A DNA stretch of 64,000 nt from Akkermansia muciniphila (GTDB lineage Bacteria > Verrucomicrobiota > Verrucomicrobiia > Limisphaerales > UBA9464). The notes under the pieces were generated by a model, which was given only the letters and a program-made list of their open reading frames with translations, was not told the origin of the DNA and searched no databases. The stretch covers positions 66,597-130,596 of the forward strand of contig CAMDDW010000002.1 of assembly GCA_945893185.1 (NCBI GenBank), written 5' to 3'. The translations under genes were made by a program, and so were the position numbers. This document shows, piece after piece, positions 49,101 to 57,353 of this stretch. The number at the start of each line of letters is the position of its first letter. Position 1 is the first letter of the stretch.

Positions 49101-49168
49101 AGGGCCGCGAAGGCCGCCGCCTGAAGGAGTGCTCGGTGGGAGACGGGGTGCATGCGGTGAGCAGTCAT
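46142..49168 (-). CDS. PVC-type heme-binding protein (beta-propeller 'membrane-bound dehydrogenase' domain, HEAT-like repeats, C-terminal cytochrome c)
   Basis: Signal peptide. DGYSISLFASE ... PTQIRFDGDGRLWVTTTTSYPQIRPGE ... IVVLEDTDHDGRADR ... GVYVG; a long helical repeat middle; C-terminal CTSCHGIG ... GSIMPAG. Confidence 0.75.
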   Translation of the reverse strand: MTAHRMHPVSHRALLQAAAFAALWLSGTLLATQTPAEELASLNVADGYSISLFASEADGVVKPTQIRFDGDGRLWVTTTTSYPQIRPGEAPRDRIVVLEDTDHDGRADRTTVFDDQLHMPLGLELGDGGVYVGAADQLLFLKDTDGDGKADVRRMIFSGFGTGDTHQTLNSFTWGPAGELMMSQGLHAISRIETPWGNETLHQAGLWRFWPRRMRLDAFWDGAMGAHNPFGTTFDRAGQPFVFAGNGHGIAHLTQAMIRTEHFEAHPPLWNQGRKFGGADIADNSHWLPEHRGEFVAGGYLHNSVERFRLTPRGATFQVDRLPPLVESTNTAFRVVDVRFGPDGALYLCDWFNSLIGHYQTSFRHPDRDKTRGRIWRVSAKGRPALRAPALENAPLPALFDTLLSPERWNRQLAGRVLKDRPTEPVVAGLQNWVQAAPSEEARLDRIYEGIGVLASHEVPHAEFIERLSRSRHPNHRARAARITGHWASRLNDPLEVLTRLAADTEATVRLEAVVACAYVPDARAVEVAAIAMENATGAPGEAPVAYAFTQCVHALKPLWKGPYAQGSLSFGNNQRRRDAFARADRSADTVDEAATRLRRIQEVALPADTQASLIESVLAAARPQDIPLLLAPRTYTVGTAYDAGAHARALLQLDTLGRNLGLKPTQDVGPALGALLSSAHPSVQAAAARLIGRWQIRSLESEVVRLLESRETPEAVRAGTIAGLALFPSPEHTARILRAASPEAPTVLKTVAAAAIAARDLGAACRLASEVFSQKANTTAIETVMTPILRQPGAAGALAKALQKVAPHPESARALAGFLAQAGRQVPELTPVLAQALGRTAGNQTLTERLASSPARQEFLKTVQASGDARRGGSVFTRAELGCTSCHGIGASQPGLGPDLGALGTAQTPDFILRALLEPQVEVKEGFMSWTLTLQNGEEIQGRIESTSPQEVVLLDAATRKPMRLARSKIRSQTQAGSIMPAGLVDGLSEIELRDLLRYLSGLGRRD

Positions 49169-49174
49169 GGCGGA

Positions 49175-50125
49175 TCAACGGGCGGTCTCGAGTGGGGTGA
49201 CGCGGGTCAGGAGGGTCAGGAGGGCGGCGAGGGTGTCGGTCTTCTGGTCTGCTGCCTGAAGGAGCGGGACGAATTGTTCCATTTCTTTGGGGAACCAGCG
49301 GATCTTGGGGTCGAGGTGGTCGCGGCTGCTGAGTTGCTCGGTGCGGTCGCCCGCCAGAAAAGCCCAGTTGGTGGGCCGGCTGTAGGCTTTCCACAGTGCG
49401 TTGCGTGCGATGACGGACTGTCGCAGGGCTTCCCAGGAGGGTTCGGGGAATCGGCCGGTCGGATCGGTTTGAGGGACAACGAGTCCGTGAAGCCAAGGCT
49501 TGAGGGCGTTGGCGGCCACGTGGGCTTGTCCCGATTCGGTGAGTTTGCGTCCGTCGATGGAAAGGCTCTTCTGGGATTGGGCGGCTTCGAAGACATCGAT
49601 AATGGGCAGGTTTTGGCGTCGGGCGATGTCTCGGATGCGTTGGGCGTAGGCTTCGATCGGGGGTGGATTGCTACGGGTCAGGGGAATGGGAGTGACGAGG
49701 AGGACGCGGGTTCCCAGGGCTTGGCAGTCAAGGACCCATTGATTGAGGCGTTCAGCGAAGTGTTCGAGGTGTTCGAGTCCGTCGTAGGCTTCGCCTTGGC
49801 CGAAATCGAGGACACAAACGGTGGCCTTGGCGGCGGCCACTTGTTGAAGTGGGCTGGGATAATTGACTTCGCGGAGTTGGCTGAAGACGGTGTCGCCTTC
49901 GCGGGCGAGGTTGAGGATTCGCAGGTGGTGGCCGGGGTGAGCTGCGATGAGGAGTGTTTCCCAATGAGCGCTTCGGGCCCGGGCTTCGGCGGAGCCGCCG
50001 CCGATGAGGGCGATGATGTCGTTGGTGCGCAGGGAGGGAGCGGGGGGTGGGTTTTCCGCGCCGAGGCTCCATCGCGCCCAGAGGGCTCCGCAGGCCAGGA
50101 TCCACAGGAACGGTTTCATGTGCAT
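49175..50125 (-). CDS. SGNH/GDSL-like hydrolase (secreted)
   Basis: Signal peptide MHMKPFLWILACGALWA. IIALIGGGSAE, NLAREGDT, LDFGQGEA, and homology to the N-terminal domain of the 58325-61666 paralog. Stop lies 6 nt before the downstream gene's start. Confidence 0.55.
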   Translation of the reverse strand: MHMKPFLWILACGALWARWSLGAENPPPAPSLRTNDIIALIGGGSAEARARSAHWETLLIAAHPGHHLRILNLAREGDTVFSQLREVNYPSPLQQVAAAKATVCVLDFGQGEAYDGLEHLEHFAERLNQWVLDCQALGTRVLLVTPIPLTRSNPPPIEAYAQRIRDIARRQNLPIIDVFEAAQSQKSLSIDGRKLTESGQAHVAANALKPWLHGLVVPQTDPTGRFPEPSWEALRQSVIARNALWKAYSRPTNWAFLAGDRTEQLSSRDHLDPKIRWFPKEMEQFVPLLQAADQKTDTLAALLTLLTRVTPLETAR

Positions 50126-50179
50126 TGGGGAGAGAGGGGCCCAATCAAACAGTCCGGGGCGGGCTTGGGAAGTCTCAAC

Positions 50180-50670
50180 ACGGTTTCGTGTTTCTTGGGG
50201 GGCTCTGTGGGATAGGGCCTGCGCTCGCAGGGATCGTACGGGAGGTGGGGCTTTCGCGCTGCCGCGCTGTGGGAATGGGGTGCTTCGATCCAATGCTCGC
50301 TCCGGCCCTGTCCCGCTGCAGCTTGGTTGTCTTGGTGGGGCGTGGGGTGAAGAGTTTTTGGGGAACGGGTTGGGACTTCAGGTGGTGTGCTTCATCTTGG
50401 AGGTGGCTCCGCGGGACAGGGCCTGCGCTCGCAGGGATCGTACGGGAGGTGGGGCTATCGCGCTGCCGCGCTGTGGGAATGGGGTGCTTCGATCCAATGC
50501 TCGCTCCGGCCCTATCCCGCTGCAGCCCGGGTGTCTGGGTGGGGCGAGGGGTAAAGAGCTTTTCAGGAACGGGTTGGGACTTTAGGTGGTGTGCTTCTTC
50601 TTGGGTGGCCTCGCGGCTCAGGTGTCTTGGTGGGCGCGAGGTAAAGAGCTTTTGCAGGATGGGGATCGGG
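50180..50670. repeat. tandem repeat with a unit of about 204 bp, roughly 2.4 copies, containing a 106-bp conserved core
   Basis: Core copies at 50209-50314 and 50413-50518 differ at 3 of 106 positions. The spacer part (98 bp) is more diverged, and partial copies occur at both ends. Intergenic between divergent genes. Confidence 0.9.
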
Positions 50671-50703
50671 CGGTGTACGTTGACCTCAGAAATATATTTC
50701 GCC

Positions 50704-52644
50704 ATGACCTTCTTCAACTGGCTTCTGTGTGTCGGTGTCTTGTCTTTGATGGCTGCTGCCGGGGCCGCCGATTCGATGGTGCAGGTTCCAGATCCGGCGC
50801 TGCAAAAGTCCGTGGGCTTGGGGTTGAAGGCGAACGGTGAACGCCAGCGGAGCGCTGCGGCGTCTTGGAAGGTGTTCCATGGGTTTCAGTTCAAAGACCA
50901 GGCGGCGGAGAGCGGTATTACGTTTCGACAGGTGCCGGTGGATGATGGGGCGCGGGATTATAAGGCGGTTCATTATGATCACGGCACAGCCATCGCGGCG
51001 GCGGATGTGGATGGGGACGGCCGGCCGGATTTGTTCTTTGCGAATCAGCGGAGGGGAAACCAGCTGTGGCGCAATGTGGGCGGGGGGCGCTTTGAGGACA
51101 TGACGGCGCAGGCCGGGGTGGCGATGGCGGGCAAGGTGAGCGTGGGGGCTTCGTTTGCGGACATCGATAACGACGGGCGACCGGACTTGCTGGTGACGAC
51201 GGTGCGGCAAGGTCTGGCGCTCTTTCACAATGAAGGCGGGGGTCGGTTCCGCGACATCACGTCGGAGGCGGGGGTGTCGCCGAATAAGCCGGGGCACGGG
51301 TCGGGTTCGGTGTTCTTCGATTATGACCGGGATGGGAAGGTGGATCTCTTCGTCTGCAATGTCGGGGTGTACACGCGGAATGAGAAGGGGCGCGCCGGGG
51401 AATATGTGGGTCGTTCGGATGCGTTCCAGGGCTGGCAGTTTCCGGAGCGCAGTGAGGCGAGCCCGCTCTTCCACAATCGGGGTGGAGCCCGCTTTGAGAA
51501 TGCTTCGCAGACGACGGGATTGATCCATCGGGGTTGGAGCGGCGATGCGACCTTTTGCGATCTGGATGGGGACGGATTTCCGGAACTGTACGTGCTGAGC
51601 ATGTCGGGGGAGGACCGCTATTATGTGAACCGTCAGGGAAGCCGCTTCGAGGACCGGACGGCGGCGTTTTTTCCGAAGACGCCATGGGGTTCGATGGGCG
51701 TGAAGTTCTTCGACCACAATCGCGATGGGCTGATGGATTTGATCATCACCGACATGCACTCCGACATGACGACGGCGCAGATCAATGCGGGCGATACGAA
51801 TCTGACGGTGGCCTTCGACAAGTCTAAGAGCGATGCGTGGTGCGCGGCGGAGTGGAAGCCGGAGTTGTTCCGTCGGGCCACCAATAGTGTGTTTGGTAAT
51901 GCGTTCTTCCAGAACCAGGGTTCTGGTCACGCGTTTGCAGAAGTGTCTGCGACGGTGGGGACCGAAACTTACTGGCCGTGGGGCGTGACGGTGGCCGACT
52001 TCAATGCCGACGGTGACGAGGACGTGTTCGTGACGGCCGGCATGGGCTATCCGCTGCGCTATGTGGCCAATTCGCTGCTGCTCAACGAGGGGGGCAAGCG
52101 CTTCGTGGATGCGGAGTCGGTGCTGGGCTTGGAGCCGCGCCGGGGTGATCCGATGCTGCGGGAGGCCTTCGTGCTCGATACAGCGCTGCCCGAGGAGCGT
52201 CGCCATCCGCTGGCGAAGGGTCGCACTGGCAAAGTCCAGGTGATGGGAACGGCGAGTTCGCGCTCGTCGGTGGCTCTCGATGTGGACGGCGACGGGGACC
52301 TCGACTTGGTGACCAATGAGTGGAATGACGTGCCGCAGGTGCTCATCAGCGATCTCTCCCAACGCACGACGTTGCGATTCCTGCAGGTGCGGCTGGTGGG
52401 CACGGTGTCCAATCGCGACGGACTCGGCGCGACCGTTCGGGTCCATTGCGGTTCGCGGGTGCAGACGCGCTTCCATGATGGCAAGTCGGGATACCTCGCT
52501 CAGAGCAGTTTGCCGCTCTACTTCGGGCTGGGATCGGAGACGGCCGTGGATCGCATCGAGGTGGTTTGGCCGTCGGGGCGACGGCAGACTCACTCGGGTC
52601 CGATCTCGCTCAACGGGACGCTGGAACTGGTGGAGCCAAAGTGA
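50704..52644 (+). CDS. CRTAC1-family protein (FG-GAP/VCBS repeats plus ASPIC/UnbV C-terminal domain)
   Basis: Signal peptide MTFFNWLLCVGVLSLMAAAGA. Repeated DxDGDGxxDL motifs (DVDGDGRPDLFF, DIDNDGRPDLLV, DYDRDGKVDLFV, DLDGDGFPELYV ...). C-terminal NRDGLGATVRV ... GYLAQSSLPLYFGLG ... IEVVWPSG. Confidence 0.8.
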   Translation: MTFFNWLLCVGVLSLMAAAGAADSMVQVPDPALQKSVGLGLKANGERQRSAAASWKVFHGFQFKDQAAESGITFRQVPVDDGARDYKAVHYDHGTAIAAADVDGDGRPDLFFANQRRGNQLWRNVGGGRFEDMTAQAGVAMAGKVSVGASFADIDNDGRPDLLVTTVRQGLALFHNEGGGRFRDITSEAGVSPNKPGHGSGSVFFDYDRDGKVDLFVCNVGVYTRNEKGRAGEYVGRSDAFQGWQFPERSEASPLFHNRGGARFENASQTTGLIHRGWSGDATFCDLDGDGFPELYVLSMSGEDRYYVNRQGSRFEDRTAAFFPKTPWGSMGVKFFDHNRDGLMDLIITDMHSDMTTAQINAGDTNLTVAFDKSKSDAWCAAEWKPELFRRATNSVFGNAFFQNQGSGHAFAEVSATVGTETYWPWGVTVADFNADGDEDVFVTAGMGYPLRYVANSLLLNEGGKRFVDAESVLGLEPRRGDPMLREAFVLDTALPEERRHPLAKGRTGKVQVMGTASSRSSVALDVDGDGDLDLVTNEWNDVPQVLISDLSQRTTLRFLQVRLVGTVSNRDGLGATVRVHCGSRVQTRFHDGKSGYLAQSSLPLYFGLGSETAVDRIEVVWPSGRRQTHSGPISLNGTLELVEPK

Positions 52645-53812
52645 CCGGTGGTTTGGGAGAGACTGAGGCCGGGGTGGGAGATTTCGTCCGCGTCATGGGC
52701 CGATAACCGATGCCCGAATACTCGGCGGCCTGTGGCACGTAGTCGGCGTCGAAGCGGGGCTCAGGTCCTTCGAGCCGGTTCTGGCGGGGGTCGATGACTT
52801 TCTTGGCGTCGAACACCGGGCCCAAGATCGCGCAGTTCTCCACGCGGGCTCCGGCATTAATAGCCAGTTCGTAGCGGGCAAATCCGGCAAGCCCGCCCTC
52901 GGCTCGATTGGCGTGGAAGAGGTTGGCGATGTACACGCTGTCGCCGCCCATGTCGTCGACGCCATTGCGGTTGCCGGTGAAGGTGCAGTTTTGGATGAGC
53001 GCTAGGCTTTCCCAAAAAATGGTGATGGCTCCGTTGTTGGCGAAGGGCTTTTCGCCGGAGGCCTTGGCCACTAGGTCTTCACCGGTGTTGGAGATGTTTC
53101 CTACGAAGAGGCAGTTGAGGATCTTGGCGGAGCTGCCAGCCAGAAGATCGATGGCCGGCCCGGTGCCTTGGGCTCGGTTGTTGAGAAAACGGCAACTGGC
53201 GATGAGCACTGGGGTCTCACGGAATCCCTGTTGCTGCACGGAAATGCCCGCGCCGCACGGGCGCGTAAAATTGTCGTCGATCGTGAGCTCGACGAGCCGA
53301 GGGGACGAACGTCCGAAGACCTTCACGGCCCCGCCATCGGAGTAGAAGAAGTGGTTCTTCAACACGGTCCGGTTGGGTTCCAAGGTTTGGGTTCCCTCTT
53401 TGGTTAGGAATGCATGGGCTCCGGTCAGCCGGAATCCCCGGATGAGCGTGTTGGTCGAGACGCCGTCCCCAAAATAGACCACGTGGTTCACCACCGCCGG
53501 GTGCGATGGCTCGTGGGTGGTCGACAGGGCGGGATTGGCCGCTGTGAGCGTGACCTCTCCGAGAGCCACCAGTCGGATTCCGTCATGCCGTCGGTTGAAG
53601 CCGATGAGTGCCTGGCGTTTGGATTCTGGTCGGTACAAGCCCGCGTGCACCCAGACCGTTTTCTGAACCGTGTTGGTCGCTGCCTGATCCAGCGCCGCTT
53701 GGATCTGGTCGCCGGGCCGAACATGATAACCATCGGGCTCCAGCGTGATGCCACCCCAGGCCAGCGCCGCGGATGCGGCCCAAATCGCCAGGAATGGCAG
53801 GCATCGGGTCAT
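52610..53812 (-). CDS. right-handed parallel beta-helix repeat protein (secreted)
   Basis: Signal peptide. Repeated beta-helix turns (NxxIxGFxL, CxFxxN, NCxFxGN patterns). The 3' end overlaps the convergent CRTAC1 gene by 35 nt. Confidence 0.55.
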   Translation of the reverse strand: MTRCLPFLAIWAASAALAWGGITLEPDGYHVRPGDQIQAALDQAATNTVQKTVWVHAGLYRPESKRQALIGFNRRHDGIRLVALGEVTLTAANPALSTTHEPSHPAVVNHVVYFGDGVSTNTLIRGFRLTGAHAFLTKEGTQTLEPNRTVLKNHFFYSDGGAVKVFGRSSPRLVELTIDDNFTRPCGAGISVQQQGFRETPVLIASCRFLNNRAQGTGPAIDLLAGSSAKILNCLFVGNISNTGEDLVAKASGEKPFANNGAITIFWESLALIQNCTFTGNRNGVDDMGGDSVYIANLFHANRAEGGLAGFARYELAINAGARVENCAILGPVFDAKKVIDPRQNRLEGPEPRFDADYVPQAAEYSGIGYRPMTRTKSPTPASVSPKPPVTLAPPVPASR

Positions 53813-54035
53813 GGTCTGCTAATCTCAACAGGCGGAGCCGCGGCGACAAGGCGATTTGCAACCAACAAGGGGAACCGAATGCCTCAAAACTTTTGACACC
53901 GTGTGGAATTGGCTTTGCCTGGGAACCGAATGCTCAGGTGTGCCCGGCAAGGGTGACCAGAATCAGTCTGGTTCCGGCGATGCTCTCGAACAGGCTTGGA
54001 CGTCAGCAGTGCTTGGCGGCACTCTTGCGCCCACG

Positions 54036-54968
54036 ATGTCCGAGTCTGTGCCAAAGCCTGTCACGGCCTCCACGCGCTTGGCCGCGGTGTGGGGCGCTCC
54101 CATCCGCCATTCTGCGTCGCCGGCCATGCACAATGCCGCACTGGCGGCGCTGGACTTGGATTGGCGGTACCTCGCCTGTGAAGTCGCACCCGAAGAATTG
54201 GCCGTCGCTCTCGAAGGCGCACGGGTGATGGGTTTCTGCGGCGTGAATCTCACGGTGCCCCACAAACGACTGGCTTTGGGCATGATGGATGATCTGGATG
54301 TCTCGGCCGAGGCGTGGGGAGCGGTGAACACCGTGGTTTTCGAGGCGGAGAATGCGGAAGGCGTTTGGACTCCGATCGGCCTTCTGAGGTCCTTCCCCGG
54401 TCCGGTGCGGCTGCGCGGATACAACACCGACGCCGACGCCATCCTCCGCTCCCTTCGCGAAGACCTGTTTATGGAACCCCGCGGAGCCCGCGTGTTGTTG
54501 CTCGGTGCCGGCGGTGCCGGTCGAGCGGCGGCGCTGCGGTTGGCCGATGAAGGGGTGGAGACCTTGTGGCTGCAGAACCGCACTGAATCGAAGGCGGCCG
54601 AGTTGGCTGCCGAGATCGCCGAGCGATTTCCGGCGGTCGATGTCCGCACAGGTCTGCCCGACTCCGACGTGGAGTTCATCCTCAATGCCACCTCGTCGGG
54701 CCTGAAGCCTGAAGACCCGCTGCCTCTGGATATTCAGGCCTATCCGTTGAGCCATGCCGATGCCGTGTACGACATGATCTATCGGCCTTCCGAGACCCCG
54801 TTGCTTCGGGCTGCTCAGGCCGCGGGTTGCCGCACGGCCAATGGACTCGGGATGTTGTTGTATCAAGGAGCCGCCGCCTTCGAGCTCTGGACTCAACGTC
54901 CAGCTCCGATCGAGGTGATGCGGGCTGCCTTGATCCACGAAGTTTACGGCACAGGAGAGTCACGATGA
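54036..54968 (+). CDS. aroE: shikimate dehydrogenase
   Basis: GAPIRHSASPAMHNAA ... GVNLTVPHK ... GAVNT ... GYNTD ... LLLGAGGAGRAAA ... NATSSGL ... VYDMIYRPSETPLL ... GLGMLLYQGAAAFELWT. Confidence 0.85.
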   Translation: MSESVPKPVTASTRLAAVWGAPIRHSASPAMHNAALAALDLDWRYLACEVAPEELAVALEGARVMGFCGVNLTVPHKRLALGMMDDLDVSAEAWGAVNTVVFEAENAEGVWTPIGLLRSFPGPVRLRGYNTDADAILRSLREDLFMEPRGARVLLLGAGGAGRAAALRLADEGVETLWLQNRTESKAAELAAEIAERFPAVDVRTGLPDSDVEFILNATSSGLKPEDPLPLDIQAYPLSHADAVYDMIYRPSETPLLRAAQAAGCRTANGLGMLLYQGAAAFELWTQRPAPIEVMRAALIHEVYGTGESR

Positions 54969-56080
54969 ACTGGGAAGACGAACTCTACCGGCACCACGGT
55001 CCGCTGGGGTTGCCCTTTCACTTCTGGACACTCTTCATCGGCATCTTCGGTGCCATGACCGGCAGTTTCCTCAATGTGGTTATCCACCGGATGCCCCGCG
55101 AAGAGAGCATCGTCCATCCGCCGTCCCATTGCCCGACGTGCAACCACCGGATTCCGATGTGGCAAAACATGCCCATCTTATCATGGCTGATGTTGCGCGG
55201 TCGATGTGCGTCGTGCCGGACTGCTATTTCGCCGCGCTACATCGGTGTCGAGGCCCTGACCGGGGTGCTGTTTGTCGCGGCATGGTTGTACTACGGAGAA
55301 TCGGCCCCGTGGGCGGCCGCTTCGGCGTCCATTTTGTTGGCGGGATTTGTCGCAGCCACCTTCATTGATTTCGAGCACTTCATCATCCCCGATCAAATCA
55401 CTCTGGGAGGAGTGGGGGTGGGGTTCCTACTGTCGCTGGTGGCCCCTGAGTTGCATCAGGAGACAAGTATTTTGGCCGCACTCCGAAGCAGCGCTCTGGG
55501 CATCCTGGTCGGTGGAGGCGTTGTGTATTTGGTGCTTCGGTTGGGAAAGTTTCTTTTTGGCCGGGAACGCGTCGCCCTCGAACCGGGAAGCCGCGTGATT
55601 TTCCATGATGCGGGTATCCGGTTGCCGGACCGCGAAATTTCCTTCGAGGAAGTCTTCTATCGCGAGTCCGACACAGTGGTAATGGAAGGCCGGCATTTGG
55701 AGTTGGCCGACCGCTGCTATGTGTCGGGCGAAATGCGCCTCTCGCCCAAGGCCCTGCGTATTGGCGATGAGGTATTGGATCCGGAGTCCGAACCCTACCT
55801 CGCAGCCGAGGTCGAATCGCTGACGCTGCCGCGCGAAGCGATGGGTCTGGGCGACGTTAAATTCATGGCTGCTATCGGAGCGTTTCTCGGATGGAAGGCC
55901 ACCCTCTTTAGCCTGATGTTCAGCTCGGTGCTCGGGGCGGTCGTCGGCCTCGGGTTGATTGCCCTGGGCCGTCAGCACTTGTCAGGACGGTTGCCTTACG
56001 GTCCGTATATTGCCGTCGCTGCCACGGGATGGGTTTTCGGTGGATCGGCCTTGTGGGAACGCCTCTTTGGCGTGCGCTGA
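54965..56080 (+). CDS. pilD: A24-family prepilin peptidase (PilD/GspO) with an extra insertion of about 85 aa
   Basis: N-terminal CPTC...CASC zinc-ribbon-like motif, first catalytic Asp region FIDFEHFIIPD, second GLGDVKFMAAIGAFLGW. ATGA overlap with the aroE stop. Confidence 0.85.
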   Translation: MNWEDELYRHHGPLGLPFHFWTLFIGIFGAMTGSFLNVVIHRMPREESIVHPPSHCPTCNHRIPMWQNMPILSWLMLRGRCASCRTAISPRYIGVEALTGVLFVAAWLYYGESAPWAAASASILLAGFVAATFIDFEHFIIPDQITLGGVGVGFLLSLVAPELHQETSILAALRSSALGILVGGGVVYLVLRLGKFLFGRERVALEPGSRVIFHDAGIRLPDREISFEEVFYRESDTVVMEGRHLELADRCYVSGEMRLSPKALRIGDEVLDPESEPYLAAEVESLTLPREAMGLGDVKFMAAIGAFLGWKATLFSLMFSSVLGAVVGLGLIALGRQHLSGRLPYGPYIAVAATGWVFGGSALWERLFGVR

Positions 56081-56149
56081 AGTGGGCCCGGCCAGTCGCT
56101 CGGACCTAAATCCTTCCCGCCACCGCCCGGGCGACCGTTGCCGCCTTCG

Positions 56150-57304
56150 TTACCGTCGAAATGAGGCCGCGAAATCCGATGCGTCACCAGCCACGATTTT
56201 CTTCACGAAGCGCGATCCGGCGATGAGTTCCTGAAGTTTCAGCGCATAGGCCTCGGCATCGAGGGGCAGAGTCACCGTCTGGCTCGTCAGGCCTGAATAC
56301 AGCATGGCATTGGCCAGCTCTACCGAGGCCAGTCCGTCGGGCCCGGGAGCGATGAGCGGTTTTCCATCGAGAATTGCCTCGGTGAAATTGGTCATGAGTT
56401 GGGCATGCGGTTGATCGGCGTTCTCGAACGGAATTTCCACGTTCCACGACTCCGGTTTGGCGAAGCCCGATTGCGACGTGCGGCTGAACTCGGTCATGTC
56501 GCTCAGATTGCGGATGAAGCGCAGTTTGCCGTCTTCCATTACGGCCCGGCCGCGGGTGCCGGTGATTTCGAGCCGGTTGGTTCCCGGTGACTCACCGGTG
56601 CTGGCCACGAACACGCCGGTGGCGCCTGAGGGATATTCGAGGTAGGCCGTGACGTTGTCCTCCACCTCGATGGAGTGATCGCGACCGAGGGTGACATGAG
56701 CGCGCAGCGACGAGGGCATCCCTAGCAGCCAGGCGAGGATGTCGAGGTTGTGGAGGCATTGATTGAGGAGCACACCGCCGCCCTCGCCGGCCCAGGTGGC
56801 CCGCCAGCCGCCGCTCGCGTAATACGCGTCGGTCCGGTACCAGTCGGTGTTGATCCAGTTCACCCGGACGATCCGTCCCAACTCGCCCGATTCGATGAGG
56901 TACCGCAGCTTCTGGTATCGGGGTTCCACGCGCAGTTGGAACATTCCGCCGAACACCGTCTTCGGGTTCCGCTCATGGGCGGCGATCAGCTTGAGGGCGT
57001 CGGCCTTGTGGGCAGAGATGGGCTTCTCGACCATGAGGTGCACACCGGCGTCGAGGGCGGCGATGCCCAAATCGGTGTGTTGGTAGTGTGGAGTAGCCAC
57101 CAGGACGGCCTCCACCGTACCTGAGGCGATGAGCGCGCGCGCGTCGGTCCAGGGAGCCAGCGGACGGTAGGCCTCCATCTTGGCCGGAGTCGTCGAACAC
57201 ACCGCCACCAGTTCGCAGCGAGGCACCTTGCCAGCCAGCAAGTAGGTGGCGTGGTGGCGACCGATATTGCCGAGGCCGATCAGGCCAAGACGGAGGGATT
57301 TCAT
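56150..57304 (-). CDS. Gfo/Idh/MocA family oxidoreductase
   Basis: MKSLRLGLIGLGNIGRHH Rossmann start, LMVEKPIS, and a C-terminal alpha/beta dimerisation domain. Internal ATG at 57304 chosen. Confidence 0.8.
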   Translation of the reverse strand: MKSLRLGLIGLGNIGRHHATYLLAGKVPRCELVAVCSTTPAKMEAYRPLAPWTDARALIASGTVEAVLVATPHYQHTDLGIAALDAGVHLMVEKPISAHKADALKLIAAHERNPKTVFGGMFQLRVEPRYQKLRYLIESGELGRIVRVNWINTDWYRTDAYYASGGWRATWAGEGGGVLLNQCLHNLDILAWLLGMPSSLRAHVTLGRDHSIEVEDNVTAYLEYPSGATGVFVASTGESPGTNRLEITGTRGRAVMEDGKLRFIRNLSDMTEFSRTSQSGFAKPESWNVEIPFENADQPHAQLMTNFTEAILDGKPLIAPGPDGLASVELANAMLYSGLTSQTVTLPLDAEAYALKLQELIAGSRFVKKIVAGDASDFAASFRR

Positions 57305-57353
57305 GGAGCTGGGTGACCGTGGTGGATTTGTTCGATGTGGGATCGCGCTGGCT

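Noticed and set aside
50180-50670. Possible CRISPR array
   Set aside because: The repeat unit is about 204 bp with no short repeat/unique spacer alternation, and there are no cas genes in the window. The 11-bp array at 12324-12400 likewise has no spacers.
50047-50703. N-terminal 219-aa extension of the CRTAC1 ORF (865-aa version)
   Set aside because: The extension merely translates through the 204-bp tandem repeats. A proper signal peptide starts at ATG 50704.
50686-52593. 635-aa ORF antisense to the CRTAC1-family gene
   Set aside because: Arg/His/Pro-rich with no domain logic. The plus-strand frame has clear FG-GAP/ASPIC motifs.
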